Origin: Eledone cirrhosa
Taxonomy: Eukaryota
Length of the DNA: 64,000 nucleotides
Reading direction: 5' to 3'
Assembly: GCA_964016885.1 (NCBI GenBank)
Contig: OZ024750.1
Coordinates: forward strand, 13,950,001-14,014,000
Shown here in pieces: positions 55,143 to 64,000 of the stretch. Made by a program: the position numbers and the translations under genes. The notes under the pieces are model-generated. The model did not search any database and was not told the origin of the DNA. It was given only the letters and a program-made list of their open reading frames with translations. Each line of letters starts with the position of its first letter. Within the stretch, counting starts at the first letter, position 1.

Positions 55143-55173
<31 letters not shown>

Positions 55174-55379
55174 TTGATAGTCTTGGCTTCTATTTCTAAT
55201 TCTTTATTATTTATATCATATTTGCAACAACACAACTCGCCATTTTTCATTTATATATCTATATATATCTATGCATATATATGTATTTGTTTATATATAT
55301 AAATATAAATATATATTTATACATATGTATATATGAAATCTATCTATCTCTATGTATACAAGTATATATAAAAGTATAA

Positions 55380-55630
<251 letters not shown>

Positions 55631-55798
55631 GCGCTAGCCACCAAAGTGTACGCTAATGTTACATCTATATATATGCAGTGTATGTAACCGTGCTTGTACC
55701 AATGTGTATATATACATGTGTATGAATATACACATGTTTAATATGTAGGTATATAAACATCCCAGTAAATACAAATACCTGTAAATTGAAATGATGAA

Positions 55799-55845
55799 CA
55801 CCTCTATTCGATTTTCGACCCTAACTGGGTCCTTACCAGAAGGTG
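55799..55845 (-). ncRNA. Degenerate hammerhead (intact stems, mutated core)
   Basis: Minus strand reads CACCTT-CTGGTAA-G-GACCC AGTTA GGGTC-GAAA-ATCGAA-TA-GAGGTG; two core substitutions, probably inactive. Confidence 0.5.
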
Positions 55846-56059
55846 TGTATATTATCTAAACAACCACAAGGAAACATATATTTGGCGGGTTTATATACCC
55901 TTTTGCTCTTCGTATTATGCTGAAAAGGACGTACTAATTTACGGGGTCGATAAAATAAAGTACCAGTAATGTATTGGGTAATTGCTGGCCTTGTGCCAAA
56001 AGTAGAAACACTTAATTACTAACATCTCCTGTTAGTAATTAATTAATATAAATAAATAA

Positions 56060-56149
<90 letters not shown>

Positions 56150-56266
56150 TTAATGATTAATGATTAAGGCTCGATTTTATTCTCTGAATTCTATCTTGAG
56201 CTGTTTTTAGAGACAAGACATGTGTTTGATTATGTATTATTCATGACATCCTTTACTTTGAATGTG

Positions 56267-56310
<44 letters not shown>

Positions 56311-56611
56311 TGGCCTTAAGTGTGATGGCGAACCCCCATTTCCGCACAATTGTTAAAATATATAACATTAGCGCATATGAAAACATTTCCAAAGTACTCA
56401 GCACATCTGTTTTGAAACGAAAATAAATTACGTTTTTGACCCGTGATGAGATGTGAGTAAACAATAAAATCCATTGTATAAGCTGTAAGATCATACATTT
56501 TTAATAGAAGAAAGTACAGTCTGTATTTACAAAGTATTGTGCTCTCTCTTTGGAACTGTGGTTTCTTTCATTACTTTCTCCTAGAATTATGCATATACAT
56601 ATGTATAAATA

Positions 56612-56648
<37 letters not shown>

Positions 56649-56698
56649 TTGAAAAAAAAGTAATTGTTTGAATGAAAGAGAAAGAGATGAATGGAGAG

Positions 56699-56845
<147 letters not shown>

Positions 56846-57111
56846 TTTATGTACACAGACACACAACGGGCCAAAAATATATCCAATAGCAGCACAAATC
56901 AAAATGAAACTTTGAAACTTACTTATAGCGAAACCGGTTAGTAGAGAAACTAAGTATATAATAGTGTATATTTCTAAATAGCCTCCTATATTGCAAAAGA
57001 AAAATAAACCCAAATCAAAAATATATTTTGTAGGAACAATTTTATTCTCACTATATGAAGTGATTTGTAAAGAATTATTAATTTTCTTTTCGTATATATA
57101 TATATATTTTC

Positions 57112-57362
<251 letters not shown>

Positions 57363-57399
57363 AATGTATATATATATATATGTATGTGAAATTATGTTG

Positions 57400-57825
57400 G
57401 TACCACAACATCCAGTCCGAAACAAATGAGGTCGTGTAGGTGTCACGACAAAAAAACACACAGTCCACGCTGTAATGTGGTCGTGTAGGTAACACGGTAA
57501 AAACCTCCCATTCCACACTGTAAACGTGGTTGGTGTTAGGAAGGGCATCCAGCCGTAGAAAACCCGCCAGACGTGTAGGTGTCACGACAATAAAACACAC
57601 AGTCCACGCTGTAATGTGGCCGTGTAGGTAACACGGTAAAAACCTCCCAGTACACACTGTAAACGTGGTTGGTGTTAGGAAGGGCATCCAGCCGTAGAAA
57701 ACCCACCAGACAGTCCTATGCGAGCAAGACAACCACTCTTGCCTCAAGTGGACAATTCCCGTCCAGACCCATTCTAGAGTGCAAAATGGACGTTAAACGA
57801 TGATGATGATGATGATGATGATGAT
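57400..57825 (+). mobile_element. SINE-tail element with internal ~140-bp duplication and (GAT)n tail
   Basis: Two copies of GTTGGTGTTAGGAAGGGCATCCAGCCGTAGAAA; ends GGACGTTAAAC(GAT)n. Confidence 0.75.
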
Positions 57826-57874
57826 GTATATATATATATATGTATATATATATATGTATATATATATATGTATA

Positions 57875-57919
<45 letters not shown>

Positions 57920-57940
57920 ATATATATATGTATATATATA

Positions 57941-57986
<46 letters not shown>

Positions 57987-58059
57987 TAAGGCTGTACATT
58001 TTATTTCACCAAATGCAAAATGACGAGGATTTGGTTACATAACCTGGTTGTATGTATAC

Positions 58060-58116
<57 letters not shown>

Positions 58117-58120
<4 letters not shown>

Positions 58121-58290
58121 AACCAGTAAGACCCCGACAGCTGAGCTCAAGCCGTTTCGACGGCTAATTCGACGGCTTGAGCTCAGCTGTCGGGGTCTTA
58201 CTGGTTCCTATTACCCACTCTACTACCTCAAGTATTGAGTACTTTGGTGCGTTATGGTCCACCTGGTTCCTTACCACATTTCCTTCGTTA
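58117..58290 (+). mobile_element. (TA)n-embedded fold-back element, GGAACCAGGTGGACC family
   Basis: Inverted repeat about 58117-58154 / 58173-58210 plus the family body; a partial copy lies at 59121-59207. Confidence 0.78.
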
Positions 58291-58578
58291 TATATATATA
58301 TATATATATATACAGACATATACATACAACCAGGTTATGTAACCAAATCCTCGCCACTTTTCACTTGCTGAATTAAAATTTACACCCTTCTTACACAGTA
58401 CATATTCATTTAACAGATTTAAACATTAACTACAATGGTATTTCCTACACCCACTCTAATGACAATAGCAACAACAACAGCAATAATAATACATATATTT
58501 GTATAGAAATGCTCGCAGAGCCACAATTATATATACGTATCTCCTTCTCTGTATATAAATATATATATATATATATAT

Positions 58579-58650
<72 letters not shown>

Positions 58651-58879
58651 AATATATATATATATAAACAACTATCTGGTTGTGGAACCAACCAACCAAC
58701 CAGAAATTTATAAGTTTGTAGATTTGTAAATTTATAAATTTATAAATATATAATAAATTGAAGTGAAACCAACTGGTGCGTGTGTTTCTTATTGGCAACA
58801 TGACCCTCCCAAAGTATAACAATATCGGTTTCAACACACGATTTCAGATAAAGAATCTTGCTAAACAAATTCAGAAACG

Positions 58880-58972
<93 letters not shown>

Positions 58973-59029
58973 CATATGGATACACGCAAACACACATATA
59001 TACATGTACAAACACATAAATATATATGA

Positions 59030-59118
<89 letters not shown>

Positions 59119-59204
59119 TATAACGAAGGAAATGTGGTAAGGAACCAGGTGGACCATAACGCACCAAAGTACTCAATACTTAGGGTAGTAGAGTGGGTAA
59201 TAGG

Positions 59205-59316
<112 letters not shown>

Positions 59317-59477
59317 CATATATATATATATAAATATATATATACACACTTACATATGGATACACGCGCACACACACACATATATATACATGTACAAACA
59401 CATAAATATATATGAATATAATATATATATATATATATATTTAATATACATATATATATATTTAATATATATATATA

Positions 59478-59541
<64 letters not shown>

Positions 59542-59692
59542 AAGGAACTGCTATGTAGAGCGTAGAACCGAAATCGAATTTTTATATAGTTAGTTTTGTT
59601 TACTATTTTTTCTGCAGAACAAGGAAACAACATTGCCTGTATGAGAGTCATATATTTAATATAAATCTATGCATGATGCGAGAGGAAGAAGG

Positions 59693-59756
<64 letters not shown>

Positions 59757-59761
59757 CTGTG

Positions 59762-59821
<60 letters not shown>

Positions 59822-60182
59822 TATAGATAAATCCACCGATTTAAGCCGTATGAAGAACTCAATGTAAACCGTATGTAGAAGATGTCGTGATATATATATA
59901 TATAGATAGATATATGTTTGTATATAAATGTATAATATATATATATATATTTAAAATATTTGGTTTTTGGATTTATTACAATACACACACACACATATAT
60001 ATCCATATATTTATATAAGTGAACACACACACACATATATATATATATATACATATATACATGTGTGTGTGTGTGCGTGTGTTGTGTGTGTTTGTAAATA
60101 AATGCTTCTTTATATGGTTTTATATATTAAGCAGTGATAATATTCGCTGAATGAAAAATTTATCACATAGTCAGTATTCACT

Positions 60183-60296
<114 letters not shown>

Positions 60297-60682
60297 CAGA
60301 TACATACATATACATAAGAATGAATAAAATATTTGAAAAATTAAGACATTTTATTTTTGATATATTTTATTGTTCCAGAAAAATTAACGAATATAATATG
60401 AAAAATAACAAAAATTCCTTGCTCAACTTCCATATATTTACACACACAGACACACACACAGACACACGCACTCACAGACAGGCATACACACACATACACA
60501 CACAGGCAGACATACACACACTCACACACACACGCTTATATATGTTATATTTATTTATACATCATAATCCAAACGTTGTCTCAAGGAATTAACGACAAAT
60601 TCTGTTCATATTTTTCTCTTCTGAAAAGATAGGAATGAGTTAGAAAACGTTGTCCCCATAATGGCACCTTTGTTACACAGGG

Positions 60683-60895
60683 TTTATAACAGTGGGTTAT
60701 AGCGGCACCTTTATAACTGGGGCTTATGGTGGCATCTTTATAACAGTGGGTTATAGCGGCACCTTTATAACTGGGGCTTATGGTGGCATCTTTATAACTG
60801 TGGGTTATAGCGGCACCTTTATAACAGTGGGTTATAGTGGCACCTTTATAACAGTGGGTTATAGTGACACCTTTATAACAGTGGGTTATACTGGA
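60683..60895 (+). repeat. 27-bp minisatellite (TTTATAACAGTGGGTTATAGCGGCACC), about 8 units
   Basis: Direct reading; gives a 9-aa periodic ORF (GYSGTFITV). Confidence 0.9.
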
Positions 60896-60915
60896 TCCTT
60901 TTGGAATTATAGTCG

Positions 60916-60977
<62 letters not shown>

Positions 60978-61020
60978 CATATATATACATATATATATAC
61001 ATATATATACATATATATTC

Positions 61021-61076
61021 AGTACAGAATTAGCCGTCGAAACGGCTTGAGCTCAGCCGTCGGGGTCTTACTTACT

Positions 61077-61113
<37 letters not shown>

Positions 61114-61273
61114 CGAAGGAAATGTGGTAAGGAACCAGGTGGACCATAACGCACAAAAGTACTCAATACTTAGGGTAGTAGAGTGGGCAATAGGAGTAAG
61201 TAAGACCCCGACGGCTGAGCTCAAGCCGTTTCGACGGCTAATTCTGTACTCCGTCGGGGTCTTACTTACACCT
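61021..61273. mobile_element. Compound fold-back copy of the GGAACCAGGTGGACC family in (TA)n
   Basis: 61021-61080 is the inverse of 61191-61250; a second short inversion follows at 61251-61273. Confidence 0.78.
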
Positions 61274-61581
61274 ATATATATATATATATATATACATATG
61301 TATCTACACAATTTGACTATAGTGTAATATAATATAAGGCTTGTAATTAATATATTTTTCTATGAATGATATACATGCAAGGTATAATGATGTATATTTG
61401 GTGAATACGTAGGAAGTAATAAACTCGCTAAACTCCGTATAATATATAATATTAGGCAATAAATATTAGAAAGCATTTGTTCCTGTTTGATAATATATTA
61501 GTAGCACTACCAAATTGTATGTGTATATATATATATATATGTATATGTATGTATATGTATATGTATATGTATGTATGTATG

Positions 61582-61646
<65 letters not shown>

Positions 61647-61672
61647 ATACATATATATATATGTGTGTATAC

Positions 61673-61714
<42 letters not shown>

Positions 61715-61857
61715 ATACATATATTTATATACATATATATGTATATATATATACATATAATATATATTATACAAACATATATATGCATATACATATATAT
61801 ATATATATATATATGTAAATATATATGTATATATATGTATATATATGTATATATATT

Positions 61858-61966
<109 letters not shown>

Positions 61967-61999
61967 GCATATATATGTTTGTATAATATATATTATATG

Positions 62000-62080
<81 letters not shown>

Positions 62081-62105
62081 GTTTTTCAATATATTTACCT
62101 ATGTA

Positions 62106-62167
<62 letters not shown>

Positions 62168-62465
62168 CATATTTATATACATATATATGCGTTTGTGTGA
62201 GTGTTGTATGTGTGTGTTCATGTTTGTGCATGTGTATGACCATTATTCCTATTTTATATATTCATAAGAATTATAATGTATCTCTAAAAATGAGTTAATG
62301 CGCGCACACGTCATACCATACAATACAGTAAATAAAAGGCGGGAATATTTCAGTCTCCATCGCAATATATTCTTTAATACATTTCACTGACATTATGAAG
62401 GTTTGATTTTCACACGCTTTTCTGACATGAAAATATTAGATTTTTACTGAATCTTACATTGAATG

Positions 62466-63110
62466 AGGCGGCAAATTGTCAGAGTCGTTAGAACATCGGA
62501 TAGAATGCCTTGTGGTATTCATTCCGGCTCTGTCTTCTCTGAGTTTGAATCCCGCCGAGCTCAACTTTGATTTTCATCCTTTCGAGGTCGATAAAAAAGT
62601 ACCAGCTATGTGCTGGGGTCGGTTCTTCCTCTGTATCTCTTTCTCAACCCCTCTCTTCTTCCATTATGGCTTTTCTTACGGCTTTTCTCTTTATGTTCTG
62701 AGTTCAAATCCCGCCGGGGTCAACTTTGCCTTTCATCCTTTCGAGGTCGATAAAAAAAGTACCAGCTATGTGCTGGGGTCGGTTCTTCCTCTGTATCTCT
62801 TTCTCAACCCCTCTCTTCTTCCATTATGGCTTTTCTTACGGCCTTTCTCTTTATGTTCTGAGTTCAAATCTCGCCGGGGTCAACTTTGCCTTTCATCCTT
62901 TCGAGGTCGATAAAAAAAAGTACCAGTCCAGTACTGGGGTCGGTTCTTCCTCTGTATCTCTTTCTCAACCCCTCTCTTCTTCCCTTATGGCTTTTCTTAC
63001 GGCCTTTCTCTTTATGTTCTGAGTTCAAATCTCGCCGGGGTCAACTTTGCCTTTTATCCTTTCGAGGTCGATAAAAAAAGTACCAGCTATGTGCTGGGGT
63101 GGTCGATTCA
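62466..63110 (+). repeat. SINE A-derived ~160-bp tandem repeat (about 3.5 units)
   Basis: GAGTT B-box starts at 62541, 62700, 62860 and 63021. Confidence 0.85.
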
Positions 63111-64000
63111 TTCTTCCTATATATCTCTCTCTTTCTCACTTCCATTCTCTCACCCTCTATCTTTCTCTGGGAGAGGGGATGGGCTCAGCAAGGTTAAAAA
63201 ATACCCAAGGAAACATCGTGTGTTGTCACAAGGGTGCCCATACTACTTACTCTGGAGTTACGGGACCATAAATATATATATGTATACATACATGAATGTA
63301 TGTATACATGTATACATACATGAATGTATGTATACATGTATACATACATTCATGTATGTATACATGTATACATACATGTAGTTTGAATTGACATTTTTAT
63401 GAAGGATTGGAAATCATTTCCCTTTGTAATTTTATAATTGATATCTATAGTTTTAGTGAGGACAGGTAGAAACTTGTACAGCGTGTGGATACTACCTAGA
63501 GAAGACGCCCTTCATATATATGTGCGTGCAGACAAACACACACACACACACATCCACACACCAAGATACACACACACATCCACACACAGACACACAGACA
63601 CACACGCACACGCACACGCACACGCACACGCACACACGCACACGCACACAGACAGGTACCCACACACAGGTACACACACTCACACACGCACACACATGTA
63701 TATAAATATATATATATATATATATACATATATATAAAAGGAAACTATAATATCCGATAGAAGACAGCTGATTCGCAGGATTATCGTGTTGTTTTCCTTG
63801 TTTTTTTTCTCGTTCGTTTATCTTTCCGTGTCCACAGTCTTTGCCCTTTTAAAAATTATAAACCTCTACCTGTAGCTCTTTTCTTTCATCGAAGCAACCC
63901 TCATAGTTCAACATCGTTAGATTGCTTCAAGTTGCGCCGTTAGTTTGACACTCTGGGGTTCACCTTAGTCCGAGCTGTTCAGAATATATGTCCTTCACAA

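Noticed and set aside
60692-61033. ORF with 9-aa GYSGTFITV repeats resembling an ice-nucleation or beta-solenoid protein
   Set aside because: Simply a 27-bp minisatellite whose period is a multiple of 3; it runs into microsatellite and has no gene context.

Overview
This is AT-rich, repeat-dense animal genomic DNA. The SINE/LINE/microsatellite landscape suggests a coleoid cephalopod such as Octopus (inference only). From about 7.4 to 25.1 kb there is one + strand multi-exon gene: a KIF24-type kinesin-13 with an N-terminal SAM domain, motor domain, a 2.5-kb low-complexity exon and a C-terminal helical region. Its 10 coding exons give about 1430-1480 aa with consistent GT-AG phases, and the last coding exon is present as two tandem copies. 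The rest is transposon debris (RTE, CR1/L2-like and CRE-like LINEs, two tRNA-derived SINE families, piggyBac and its MITE, mariner, Merlin) and, from about 31.5 kb on, a sea of (TA)n/(CA)n/(GGT)n repeats. Most six-frame ORFs there are microsatellite artefacts. The most striking signal is a dense set of type I hammerhead ribozyme (HHR) motifs: about 15 with a near-intact core plus several degenerate or half copies. They sit in several short non-coding element families lodged in (TA)n tracts, often as fold-back palindromes with an HHR on each strand. Several families share a downstream ACTC(C/T)-N-GAGTRC stem-loop, and one HHR follows a decayed GIY-YIG-like endonuclease. This fits a multi-family system of non-autonomous, microsatellite-associated Penelope-like or retrozyme-like retroelements. 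All structures were folded by eye and ribozyme activity is untested.
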